DNA of 38,986 nt from a virus (lineage: Duplodnaviria; Caudoviricetes): positions 1 to 38,986 of IMG/VR virus record IMGVR_UViG_3300010206_000044. One strand, 5' to 3'. Both the position numbers and the translations under genes were made by a program. This document shows, in pieces, positions 1 through 8,770 of this stretch (its first letter is position 1; the number at the start of each line of letters is the position of its first letter). A model generated the notes under the pieces. It was not told where the DNA came from and searched no databases. It saw only the letters and a program-made list of their open reading frames with translations.

Positions 1-579
1 TCAAGTATTCTTTTTTAATACGCGAGACTTTATTCTGCTTAAAGTTTCAGGAGAAACTCCCAGGAATGATGCAATATATTGCTGTGGGACACGCTGAAAT
101 AGTTCTCCCTGTGTTTCTAACAAATCAATGTATCGTTCTTCTGCTGATTTTGTCACAAATGATGCAATTACCTTTTGACAAGTGATTAATTCATTTTCTG
201 TTGCAATTCTGGCAATTACTTCAAATTTGGGAACCTCTTTTAATAAAGTTTCAATTTTTGACTTCTTGAAAATAAATATTTCTGTTTGTTCTACTGCTTG
301 GTAATTCTCAATAGCTGGTATACTATAAGTATAGCTCTCCCCGGCACATATAAATTGTCCCTCGGTATAAAAGAAAGCTGTTTTATCGTTACCATCTATA
401 TTATAAAAAAGTCTCACACAACCTTTTGTAACAAAATAGATTTCGTCCGATATTTTTCCTTCAGTGAAAATTGTCTCATTTTTTTGATAGATTTTCTTAT
501 CTACTACATTATGGAGCAATTGAATTTCTTGTTCGCTAATAGTTATATATAATTTTATGTTTTCGATTAAGTTATTCAT
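1..579 (-). CDS. Crp/Fnr-family transcriptional regulator (host)
   Basis: cNMP-binding-like N-terminus (IFTEGK..IYFVTKGCVRLFY) and C-terminal HTH 'QQYIASFLGVSPETLSRIK'. Confidence 0.92.
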   Translation of the reverse strand: MNNLIENIKLYITISEQEIQLLHNVVDKKIYQKNETIFTEGKISDEIYFVTKGCVRLFYNIDGNDKTAFFYTEGQFICAGESYTYSIPAIENYQAVEQTEIFIFKKSKIETLLKEVPKFEVIARIATENELITCQKVIASFVTKSAEERYIDLLETQGELFQRVPQQYIASFLGVSPETLSRIKSRVLKKNT

Positions 580-614
580 GTTCTCATCTTTGTATTTCGT
601 TTTTCAGCTGCTGC

Positions 615-745
615 CCCTAACGGTTGAGGTATGGTTTCGTTGGCGATTTCATAGCTCTTAATTTTCAAATTAGAAGATAAGAAAAGTTGAAAAACAGACA
701 CCCGCAAACCACGTCCCAGCCAATGAACTATACCGCGTATTATAG
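615..745 (-). repeat. attC-like integron recombination site
   Basis: Minus strand: CTATAAT (degenerate R'', 745-739), imperfect inverted arms GGTATAGTTCATTGGC (734-719) / GCCAACGAAACCATACC (644-628), then GTTAGGG (R', 621-615). The next ORF starts 36 nt downstream. Confidence 0.6.
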
Positions 746-759
746 CCCGTTTTTTATAT

Positions 760-811
760 CTAAATATTGAGACTAGAAAATTTATAAATCCTTAAACTGG
801 TAGTATATTTA
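760..811 (-). pseudogene. 3' fragment of a host ORF interrupted by the prophage
   Basis: Joining the flanks at the TATATTTA direct repeat extends the 38929 minus-strand ORF in frame: ...KFLKTEFKY-TTSLRIYKFSSLNI-TAG(762-760). Confidence 0.55.
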
Positions 812-901
812 TGGGCGTAAAAACAAAACGTACAAAAGTGCATTGTTTAAATGACTGAAAAACAATAAAATGAGAAAATAAAAATAAAAACGATTTGTAC
901 A
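810..901 (+). repeat. Left prophage end with two putative transposase-binding sites
   Basis: TATGGGCGTAAAAACAAAACGTACAAA (810-836) matches the reverse complement of the right end (TATAATCGTAAAATCAATTTGTGCAAA) at 19/27. Second site AAAAACGATTTGTACA at ~886-901. Confidence 0.7.
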
Positions 902-1127
902 TTTACTTTAATTTTACTTTAATTTTTGGATTAAATTTACTCATATAGTAGCGCCATTCTTTAATTGCTTTTTAAAAGACACTTAAAAAGCCTTGTGATA
1001 GCACTGAAACGCTTGTTTTGGGGCTATTTTTATGTGCTAATCTTATAAAGTATTCTGTAATTTTACATTGTTATTCATTAGGGAAAAAGGTGTGCGAAAT
1101 AGCGTGAAAAAGCATATAAATACACGT

Positions 1128-1163
1128 TGGGCTTACTGATGGGCTTACAAATGGGCTTACAAA
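1128..1163 (+). repeat. 12-bp tandem repeat x3
   Basis: TGGGCTTACTGA TGGGCTTACAAA TGGGCTTACAAA. Confidence 0.85.
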
Positions 1164-1353
1164 TTTGTATTATAAAATGCGAATACATTGACCTTTAAGC
1201 GCTGAAATGTGGTTAAAAATAGGTATAAAGCACGAATAAAACACCCTTTAAATCGTTTTTATGGTATATAATACAATAATTATATGACTGATATACATGT
1301 GCATATGTTTAATAGTAACTGATGTTTGTGTGTGATTGGACTTTTTGTGTTTC

Positions 1354-2073
1354 TTATTGGTTAGGTCTGATTGTATTGAAACGCACACTAGCTTTAACTT
1401 GCGCCAATGCTCTGACTCTATTAAGTGGTATGTCTTTTGGTGAGTGATATTGGTTTTGACTAACGAGTTTAATATACCCGGGTTTTTCTGATTCATGTAA
1501 ATATTTAATTACAATATACTCTTCGCCTTCTAAATCATACGACAGCAAATACATTTCTCCCCAAAATATATTGTTTTCCATGTCATTAATCTTCCTGAAG
1601 ATCACTATGTCTCCCGATTTTATTAAAGGATACATAGAATCGCCTACGGCATATACCCCTCCATCAACCTTACCCATGTTTGGTAGTGTAATGTAATCTA
1701 TAGGTATAAAATTACCCGGAGATTGGAATAATGATACAAGTCCGGCAGCAGCTTCAATATTGTATATTGGAATTAATTGTTTCTGAAATTTTTTGTAATC
1801 AGTATTTCGATCACTCAAAATTTGTATTTCATCTGCCACTTCTGTCTTTTGAACATCCAACATCCCTCCACGCTCAGTAATTAACCAGTCGGCGGAAATA
1901 TTCGCATTTGCGAATAATGTTTTTTGAATTACTTCAAACGATGGATTCCCTTGCCTTGTGCCTACAATATTCTCAATAACTGTCGGTGCAACTCCAACTG
2001 ACTTAGCAAAAGCACTTTTATTGCCATTATATAGCTCGTCAATTACTTTTTTAAAACGCTGATTTATAGTCAT
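1354..2073 (-). CDS. Phage repressor, HTH plus S24 peptidase (CI/LexA-like)
   Basis: N-terminal HTH (KSAFAKSVGVAPTVIENIVG..QGNPS); S24 motifs GDSMYP and VIK; divergent from the early operon. ATG 2073 preferred over TTG 2094. Confidence 0.9.
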   Translation of the reverse strand: MTINQRFKKVIDELYNGNKSAFAKSVGVAPTVIENIVGTRQGNPSFEVIQKTLFANANISADWLITERGGMLDVQKTEVADEIQILSDRNTDYKKFQKQLIPIYNIEAAAGLVSLFQSPGNFIPIDYITLPNMGKVDGGVYAVGDSMYPLIKSGDIVIFRKINDMENNIFWGEMYLLSYDLEGEEYIVIKYLHESEKPGYIKLVSQNQYHSPKDIPLNRVRALAQVKASVRFNTIRPNQ

Positions 2074-2087
2074 AACATAAATTATAT

Positions 2088-2150
2088 TACGCAAATGCGA
2101 AAAATAAATCGGGAATTTGTTGCAAGTGTTCGCAAAAGCGTATATATTTG
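2088..2150 (+). promoter_or_regulatory. Lysis/lysogeny switch: two palindromic operators and a Bacteroidota -7 promoter box
   Basis: TACGCAAATGCGAA (2088-2101), TTCGCAAAAGCGTA (2129-2142), TATATTTG (2143-2150) with TTTG at ~2116. A third copy, TTCGCATTTGCGAA, lies at 1901-1914. Confidence 0.65.
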
Positions 2151-2208
2151 CAAAACATTTGAGAACAAAAACACTTTGAAACGGTAAAAGTACAAAAAAA
2201 GTAATAAG

Positions 2209-2406
2209 ATGGAAAAAGGCAACAAAATTATTGTGGATTACAAGGTTAAAGGGATGCTTTTAGAGATTGGGACTTACCCTACTATACGCAAGGCGCTGGC
2301 CGGCAAACAAGACACCCCACAATGCGTGCGTATACGTGAAAAGGCCATTGAGCTCGGAGGAATGGAAATACAAACAAAGAAAATTCGCAAAATAGCTGTC
2401 GGATGA
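2209..2406 (+). CDS. Small basic protein in the Cro/Ner position
   Basis: First gene divergent from the repressor; 65 aa; HTH-like 'TYPTIRKALAG'. Confidence 0.65.
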   Translation: MEKGNKIIVDYKVKGMLLEIGTYPTIRKALAGKQDTPQCVRIREKAIELGGMEIQTKKIRKIAVG

Positions 2407-2428
2407 TTTGAAAAACAATTTGAATAAT

Positions 2429-2569
2429 ATGAAAAAGAAAATTTTATCTGCACTATACGTGCATTTCAAATCGAATATTTACGAGTGGCTGCTTCTTATA
2501 TTATCAATCGCTTTTGTGATCAGCATGATGATAGGTGCTATTTGTCCACGTGACCCTCAACAGTTTTGA
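2429..2569 (+). CDS. Small membrane protein (46 aa, absent from ORF track)
   Basis: MKKKILSALYVHFKSNIYEWLLLILSIAFVISMMIGAICPRDPQQF; fills the gap and stops 2 nt before the transposase ATG. Confidence 0.5.
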   Translation: MKKKILSALYVHFKSNIYEWLLLILSIAFVISMMIGAICPRDPQQF

Positions 2570-2571
2570 TT

Positions 2572-4605
2572 ATGTACGAAACTTACAATAACACCATAGC
2601 GGTTCCGGTAAGACAGATTATAGATGCAGGAATCATCAGTAAGTCTAATTATGATCAACTGGTAGCTCGTAAAAAGGTAAAGGTGTTGCAACGCGGATGT
2701 CTTGGTACTCCTGCGTTGGCTGACTTTTCGAGTTTTCCGGAGCGATTCCGTAGGATTATGGAGACTGTTTTTGGTGACCCTAAAGCCGAAAAAAGCACAA
2801 ACGTACTTGACGAGTTTCTTGGCCAGGACACAAAGGCTATTGAGTTTTATACCTCATACGAGGTGGACGATACCAGGTACCTGCCAGCAGAAACAATAAA
2901 GGAATACTACGCTAACGCGTGCGTGCTGAATGCCATTCATTTATTACTTAACTCGCGCCGATCACTTCAAAAGATGTGCGGAGGCACTGTTAAGGCATAT
3001 TGGCCAACCATAGCTAAAAATGTAATGGACATTGATCGCGAACAATACCCGCACTCATTGCCAATGAATGACCGTCGATTAAAAGACAGGTACAACCAAT
3101 ACCAAAAAGGTGGGTATGAAGTTTTGATTCATAAAAATTTCTGCAACCAAAATTCGCGAATCGTTGACGAAAGGCTTGAAATGCTTATTCTTTCAGTTTA
3201 CTGTATGACTAACAAGCCATATGCAAGTTGGGTTTCGGAGGATTATGAGCGATTCACTAAAGGCGAAATTGAGGTTGTGAACATTCAAACGGGTGAAATA
3301 TTTAACCGTATGGACTTTTACAATGAAAATCGTGGTGAGTTTATAACCGTATCGGATAAAACTTGCTGGAATTACATCAACAAGCCCAAAAACAGAGCTA
3401 TTGTAGACAGTTATCGCGCTGCCGGCCATAGATTCTTATCTACTATCCGCCCACACATGCATCGCCATGCACCTAATTTCTCATTGAGTAAAATATCGCT
3501 TGATGACCGCGATCTACCACGCAAAATGCACAACGGCGACCGTGTTAAAGCCTATTATGCTTATGATGTTGCAAGTGGCTGCCTGATTGGCGCTTCTTAC
3601 TCAATACGCAAAGATGTAGGTCTGTTTATCGGTTGTATTCGTGAAATGTTTCGATTTATTGACTCGCGCGGTTGGGGAATGCCCCTCGAAATGGAGGTTG
3701 AACATCACCTTGTAAGCAACTTTAAGGATGATTTAATGAAAGCCGGTGTTGTGTTCCCATTTGTTCACTGGTGTGCTCCAAGCAACTCACAGGAGAAACA
3801 TGCCGAGCAACTTAACCGACAAAAGAAATATGGCTACGAAAAGCGCTATCAGGATGGTATTGGTCGTTGGTACGGAAAACTCGAAGCAAACCAAACAGGT
3901 GGTGAGCGTATTTACGACGAAGCTAACAACAAGTATACTGTAAAGGAAAAAACATGGAGCTTTGAACAGTTAGTGGCCGACGATATTCACACAATAGCTC
4001 TTTACAATAACGGACTGCACCGGGATCAGAAAAAATACAAAGGAAAAACACGAATGCAGGTAATGGAAGAGAACCTAAATCCGAACCTTGCAAGTATTAA
4101 CCGCCCTTTGCTGGTTCGCTACATTGGCGAATGCACTACTACAAGCATTCAACGCAACATGTACTGTCAGGTTCAGCACTCAGACTATATGCTTCCTAAC
4201 CCTGAAGTTCTTGGAAGACTGCAACCAAACAACTACACAGTTCAGGCTTATTACATGCCGATTAATGCTAATGGGGAGAACCAAATAGACGAAGTGTATT
4301 TGTATCAGCATGACGATTATCTGTGTGAAGCTAAGAAAATTGTGAAATACAATACATCGCATGCAGAATGGACTTATGCCGATACGGAGGCAATGACCGA
4401 ACAGGCAAAATATATCGCACAATTCGACAGAATGATTAAAGATGGTCGCGAAAAAATATCAAGAGTTCAGCTCCTGCAAAATTTGGATCAATATGCCACC
4501 ATTGAAGTAGAAACCGCAAACCCGGAACCGGCAACAGAGCAATATTTTGACCATGACGAAAGCTTTGAAGCCAATGCTGCTGAATGGGGATTAAACAGCC
4601 TTTAA
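2572..4605 (+). CDS. MuA-like DDE transposase
   Basis: 677 aa; 'SLDDRDL', 'YYAYDVASGCLIG', 'SQEKHAE' integrase-core-like segments; directly upstream of an AAA ATPase. Confidence 0.88.
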   Translation: MYETYNNTIAVPVRQIIDAGIISKSNYDQLVARKKVKVLQRGCLGTPALADFSSFPERFRRIMETVFGDPKAEKSTNVLDEFLGQDTKAIEFYTSYEVDDTRYLPAETIKEYYANACVLNAIHLLLNSRRSLQKMCGGTVKAYWPTIAKNVMDIDREQYPHSLPMNDRRLKDRYNQYQKGGYEVLIHKNFCNQNSRIVDERLEMLILSVYCMTNKPYASWVSEDYERFTKGEIEVVNIQTGEIFNRMDFYNENRGEFITVSDKTCWNYINKPKNRAIVDSYRAAGHRFLSTIRPHMHRHAPNFSLSKISLDDRDLPRKMHNGDRVKAYYAYDVASGCLIGASYSIRKDVGLFIGCIREMFRFIDSRGWGMPLEMEVEHHLVSNFKDDLMKAGVVFPFVHWCAPSNSQEKHAEQLNRQKKYGYEKRYQDGIGRWYGKLEANQTGGERIYDEANNKYTVKEKTWSFEQLVADDIHTIALYNNGLHRDQKKYKGKTRMQVMEENLNPNLASINRPLLVRYIGECTTTSIQRNMYCQVQHSDYMLPNPEVLGRLQPNNYTVQAYYMPINANGENQIDEVYLYQHDDYLCEAKKIVKYNTSHAEWTYADTEAMTEQAKYIAQFDRMIKDGREKISRVQLLQNLDQYATIEVETANPEPATEQYFDHDESFEANAAEWGLNSL

Positions 4606-4629
4606 AACACCAATTAAAACACCAAAATA

Positions 4630-5490
4630 ATGAACACGGAAACAAAACAAAGAGTAGTAGAGGCAATGAGAACCGCCCGTACAAACTACGACAGCAACGC
4701 CAAAATGGCCGTATCGCTTGAGATAAGCTCATCTGTACTGAGCAGGATTTTTAATGGCGAAATTGAAGGTTTACTAACCGATGCAAAATGGTTCAGCATA
4801 GCCCGCCGACTTGATGTACAGCTTAGAGATGAGCCTGTATGGGTGACTGCTAAAACTCCGGCTTATCAATTCATTTATGCTCAGTTGCTGGCATGTCAGA
4901 AAAACAGTCTGAGCGGGTTGCTTTGCGACGTGGCCGATTTAGGCAAAACACATACCGCTCGTTGCTTTGTGAAAGAAAACAAATACGCAGTGTACATTGA
5001 TTGCTCACAAGTAAAATCGAAACAAAAACTTATCCGCCAAATAGCAAAAGAACTGGGGTTGGGAAACACAGGAAAGTACAGCGATGTGTACGCGGATTTG
5101 GTGTTTTATCTGCGATCTATTCCCAACCCCATTATCATACTTGACGAAGCCGGCGACCTGGACTATCCGGCATTCTTAGAGCTAAAAGCATTGTGGAACG
5201 CTACCGAGGGAGCTTGTGGCTGGTACATGATGGGCGCTGATGGACTTCGTGAAAAAATCAAACGGGGAAAAGACCTAAGTAAGGTTGGTTTCTCTGAGAT
5301 TTTCAGAAGATATGGCAGCAGATATCAGAAAGTAACACCCGATGGCGCTGATGCTTATGATGACTTTGTTCGCGAACAAGTGGCAATGGTGGCAAAGGCC
5401 AATCATCCGAATGTCAATATCCCGGCAATGATCGCAAAGGTAAACGGAAGTCTTACGAGGGTGAAAATTGAGTTGAATAAAATGCGATAG
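4630..5490 (+). CDS. MuB-like transposition AAA+ ATPase
   Basis: N-terminal HTH-like region, Walker A-like DVADLGKT, Walker B IIILDEAG. Confidence 0.88.
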   Translation: MNTETKQRVVEAMRTARTNYDSNAKMAVSLEISSSVLSRIFNGEIEGLLTDAKWFSIARRLDVQLRDEPVWVTAKTPAYQFIYAQLLACQKNSLSGLLCDVADLGKTHTARCFVKENKYAVYIDCSQVKSKQKLIRQIAKELGLGNTGKYSDVYADLVFYLRSIPNPIIILDEAGDLDYPAFLELKALWNATEGACGWYMMGADGLREKIKRGKDLSKVGFSEIFRRYGSRYQKVTPDGADAYDDFVREQVAMVAKANHPNVNIPAMIAKVNGSLTRVKIELNKMR

Positions 5491-5492
5491 CC

Positions 5493-5684
5493 ATGGTCAC
5501 CAAAAAACAAAGGAACAGATTGTACAAAATTCACTACAATCTGAGAAAGAAGGGAAATCACGTCAACGGCAGAAAAAGGAGCGTAATTAAACGCAAAAGG
5601 GAACTTACGGATATTGAGCGTAAATGGCTTACTGAATTGCAGAATTACGACTACTGCGTATCGGATGATCTTTTTTCAGAATAG
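5493..5684 (+). CDS. Hypothetical basic protein
   Basis: 63 aa ORF closely packed in the early operon. Confidence 0.6.
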   Translation: MVTKKQRNRLYKIHYNLRKKGNHVNGRKRSVIKRKRELTDIERKWLTELQNYDYCVSDDLFSE

Positions 5685-5731
5685 CTAAAAAACGAACGAA
5701 TTATAAACGAATTGCACTGGACAAACGAATA

Positions 5732-6352
5732 ATGGCACTAAAACGAGCTCTCACGGTACAAAACATACTTGATAAAAAATATAAACTTATTGATTTTACC
5801 GGCGCCTGGTACGATGCCTTTAAAAAACCGGAAATGACAGGTGTTTGGTTCATTTGGGGAAACTCCGGGAATGGAAAAACAAGTTTTGTGATTCAGCTGA
5901 TAAAGGAGCTTGCAAAATTCGACAATGTATTGCTTAATAGCAGGGAGGAAGGAACGAAACATACCATGCAGGAAAATCTGATAAAGTTCAATATGAGCGA
6001 GGCAAAAGACAACAAGGTGCATTTTGTTGACGAACCGATAAATGACCTTACAACACGCCTTAAAATGAAGAAATCGGCGCGAATCGTGGTTATTGATTCC
6101 TTTCAGTACATGATGATGAGCTATAAGGATTATATCGAATTTAAAAGTCAGTTCCCGGATAAACTCATAATCTTTATCAGCCATGCTGATGGGAAGAATC
6201 CTGCAGGCCGGAGCGCTAAAAGTGTAAAGTTTGATGCCGGATTGAAGATATGGGTGGAAGGTTACCGGGCATTTAGCCACGGAAGATATAAAGGACCAAC
6301 TGAACAATTTGATATTTGGCCTGAAAGAGCAAACAAGTATTGGGGAGAATAA
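5732..6352 (+). CDS. RecA-like P-loop ATPase
   Basis: Walker A GNSGNGKT, Walker B VVIDSFQ. Confidence 0.85.
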   Translation: MALKRALTVQNILDKKYKLIDFTGAWYDAFKKPEMTGVWFIWGNSGNGKTSFVIQLIKELAKFDNVLLNSREEGTKHTMQENLIKFNMSEAKDNKVHFVDEPINDLTTRLKMKKSARIVVIDSFQYMMMSYKDYIEFKSQFPDKLIIFISHADGKNPAGRSAKSVKFDAGLKIWVEGYRAFSHGRYKGPTEQFDIWPERANKYWGE

Positions 6353-6376
6353 AAATTTAAAATCAAAACAAAGAAT

Positions 6377-6853
6377 ATGAACACAACGGAAATCACTCAC
6401 AAAAATCTTGTAAAGAAGTTTCACACGCTACTGAGCAAGTACTCCATTCGTAACGAGGACAAATTGACCATTCTAGGCACATTTGGAGTTGAAACATCGC
6501 TCGACCTAAGTATTGACCAGTTGGCTCAGGTATGTGATGCAATAGAAAAAACCTTTGGCAAAAAGGAAGATGACCAACTTGCAAAACTTGATACTATGCG
6601 TAAACGCCTGATAGCTTCAATTTTTGCATGGCGTGCGAGTCTTGGGGCTCCGGCTGATATGAATCTTGTAAAGGCAATTGCCTGCCGTGCTGCTGAAATA
6701 CCGGAAGGTTATGCACTAAGCGTAAGATTTAACTCAATACCTGAAGAGAAATTGCGAAGTCTTTACAACGCCTTTAAACACATGGCTAAAGACATGGGCA
6801 AGGTAAAGGAAATGACACAGGAAATGATAGATAAATTAACAACACTTAATTAA
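6377..6853 (+). CDS. Helical early protein, possibly GemA/gp16-like
   Basis: N-terminal 'FGVETSLDLSIDQL' resembles the GemA-type repeat; position in the early operon. Confidence 0.5.
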   Translation: MNTTEITHKNLVKKFHTLLSKYSIRNEDKLTILGTFGVETSLDLSIDQLAQVCDAIEKTFGKKEDDQLAKLDTMRKRLIASIFAWRASLGAPADMNLVKAIACRAAEIPEGYALSVRFNSIPEEKLRSLYNAFKHMAKDMGKVKEMTQEMIDKLTTLN

Positions 6854-6860
6854 TACTCAC

Positions 6861-7007
6861 ATGGAAGAAATTACATTAGAACAGCGCATTGAGGAAGTCA
6901 CAGAGTGGCTCGAAACGCACGAAGTTGACGATCCGGATTACCCGGATAAGTTTGCAGAATTACAAAGATTGGAGGAGCTTTATGAAGCGGAACAGTTTGA
7001 TGAATAA
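6861..7007 (+). CDS. Highly acidic 48-aa protein (absent from ORF track)
   Basis: MEEITLEQRIEEVTEWLETHEVDDPDYPDKFAELQRLEELYEAEQFDE; ATG 7 nt after the previous stop. Confidence 0.6.
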   Translation: MEEITLEQRIEEVTEWLETHEVDDPDYPDKFAELQRLEELYEAEQFDE

Positions 7008-7107
7008 CGGGTGCTTTTGGACCTTTATAGTATCGATGGTTATAACTGTAGGATTTTGGTGGTTTGTGATATGGGGAATTGCTAAATTATTAAACTTAAT
7101 ATTATAA
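6982..7107 (+). CDS. Small membrane peptide
   Basis: Hydrophobic 'FWTFIVSMVITVGFWWFVIWGIAKLL'; start uncertain (6982 or 7000). Confidence 0.5.
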   Translation: MKRNSLMNNGCFWTFIVSMVITVGFWWFVIWGIAKLLNLIL

Positions 7108-7112
7108 AATAA

Positions 7113-7733
7113 ATGGTACAGACAAACAAAAATGAAACATGGATTGACGAGTCGGGGACTCATATTCCATACAAGCGGATAACAAAGTCCGAACGGTTAA
7201 TGGAAGCAAGTGCTTCAGTTCTTGTAAAAAAGGCCACAGCGGTTAACGATCGTTTAATAGCCTTTAAGAAAGAGATTAAACAGATATGCGAGGATGTTGA
7301 ACAGGCATTTTTGGACGAAAACAAAATTACCAGAGATGAAAAGTTTAAGGGTAATTACACCTGGTATAATTTCGACCGATCGATAAGGGTTGAGCGCTCA
7401 GTGAATGAAGCTTTGCAGTACGACGACCAGACGATCATGGCAGCCAAAGAGATTTTGCATGAGTTCCTTAGTGAGTCACTTGATAGTTCAAAGGATTTCG
7501 TAAAAGAAATGATTCTGACGGCATTTGAGAACAAGAATGGCAAGTTAGATCCTAAAAAGATTACACCGCTTACAAGACACGAAAAAAGGGTAAATGACCC
7601 ACGCTTCACTGAAGCATGTAACCTGATTAAAAAGGCGGAACGACGCCCGGACTCTAAAGTATATTACCGCGTATCGGTTAAGAATGTAGCCGGTGCTTAC
7701 GAGGCAATTGAATTGAATTTTTCTAACATTTAA
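7113..7733 (+). CDS. DUF3164-like Mu-phage early protein
   Basis: 'WIDESG..IP', 'KGNYTWYNFD', terminal 'IELNFS' patterns typical of the family. Confidence 0.75.
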   Translation: MVQTNKNETWIDESGTHIPYKRITKSERLMEASASVLVKKATAVNDRLIAFKKEIKQICEDVEQAFLDENKITRDEKFKGNYTWYNFDRSIRVERSVNEALQYDDQTIMAAKEILHEFLSESLDSSKDFVKEMILTAFENKNGKLDPKKITPLTRHEKRVNDPRFTEACNLIKKAERRPDSKVYYRVSVKNVAGAYEAIELNFSNI

Positions 7734-7776
7734 TAATAATAACCAGTTCCTCACACGGAACACAAAACAGAAAATT

Positions 7777-8211
7777 ATGCATACATGGTTTGAAACCGTA
7801 GTCTCCTACGAAAAAACTGCCGAGGAAGGCAGAATTGTAAAAACAACCGAACACTACATGGTAGATGCGCTCACTCACGCAGAAGCAGAGAACAGAATTA
7901 TTGAAGAAATGAAACCGTTCATTAGCGGCGAGTTTCAAGTGTCGAAAGTTGCTCGAAAGAAAATTAACGAGATTTTCTACAACGAAAATGGAGATAAGTG
8001 GTACCGCGCAAAAGTAAATTTTGTAACTCTTGATGAGGACAAAGGAATTGAAAAGAAAACAGGGGTGACGATGCTTGTACAGGCCTGCGACATGAAGGAA
8101 GCGGTAGAAGGTATTATCGAAGGTATGAAGGGTTCTATGGCCGATTATGAGATTCATACGGTGGCCGAAACTCCGATAATGGATATTTACAAATATGAGG
8201 CGGCTGCTTAA
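7777..8211 (+). CDS. DUF4494-like protein
   Basis: 'WFETVVSYEK..YMVDALTHAEAE..IIEEM', 'WYRAKV', 'ETPIMDI'. Confidence 0.8.
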   Translation: MHTWFETVVSYEKTAEEGRIVKTTEHYMVDALTHAEAENRIIEEMKPFISGEFQVSKVARKKINEIFYNENGDKWYRAKVNFVTLDEDKGIEKKTGVTMLVQACDMKEAVEGIIEGMKGSMADYEIHTVAETPIMDIYKYEAAA

Positions 8212-8219
8212 ATTAATCA

Positions 8220-8246
8220 GTGGAAGTACTCTCGCAGTACTTCCAC
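8220..8246. other. Perfect 11-bp hairpin directly upstream of the DGR1 targets
   Basis: GTGGAAGTACT-CTCGC-AGTACTTCCAC. Confidence 0.75.
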
Positions 8247-8260
8247 GTAATAAAAAGAAT

Positions 8261-8740
8261 ATGAAAAAACAACTATTTATAGAAGAATCGGAAGCTCGCA
8301 GCCTTTACAGAACTGCCACTCCTGAATTTAAACAAATGCTCGAAACCACTTTTGGAAAAGAGTTTTTCTCGCAGAAAATTACTGACCGTATTAAAACATA
8401 CGAGGATGCTTGTGCTGAACTTGGAATTAGCTTCTTAACTGAAAAAGAATTTAGCACTTCAGGTCTTAAAGGTGATGAAATTATATTACGTAAAATCAAA
8501 ACTATTACTGAAGCATTAAACGAAGGTTGGAAACCAGACTGGACAAACGCAGATCAATACAAGTACTATCCTTGGTTCCGCATGTCTTCCGGGGGCTTCG
8601 TTTTCTACGCTGCGAGTTACGCTTACTCGCTTGCGTATGCGGGTGACGCCTCGCGCCTTTGCTTTAAAAGCAGTGAACTGGCCGAATATGCCGGAAAACA
8701 ATTTCTGCAATTATACTCTGATTATATTCTATATCAATAA
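8261..8740 (+). CDS. DGR target protein 1 (159 aa, contains VR1)
   Basis: ATG 8261; IKTYEDAC motif; VR1 encodes SSGGFVFYAASYAYSLAYAGDASRLC. Confidence 0.9.
   Translation: MKKQLFIEESEARSLYRTATPEFKQMLETTFGKEFFSQKITDRIKTYEDACAELGISFLTEKEFSTSGLKGDEIILRKIKTITEALNEGWKPDWTNADQYKYYPWFRMSSGGFVFYAASYAYSLAYAGDASRLCFKSSELAEYAGKQFLQLYSDYILYQ
8583..8663 (+). repeat. DGR variable region VR1
   Basis: 81-nt ungapped match to TR1; 15 mismatches, all at TR adenines. Confidence 0.97.
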
Positions 8741-8770
8741 CCGCCGAAAGGCACAAAAACAATTTTACAC

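Noticed and set aside
5690-5731. AACGAAT repeated three times in a short intergenic gap
   Set aside because: Short, AT-rich and irregularly spaced; cannot be distinguished from chance.
5738-6424. 228-aa minus-strand ORF
   Set aside because: Antisense shadow of a clear ATPase gene; no motif.
8195-8260. N-terminal extension of target 1
   Set aside because: Overlaps the upstream gene and the hairpin; ATG 8261 has an A-rich leader.
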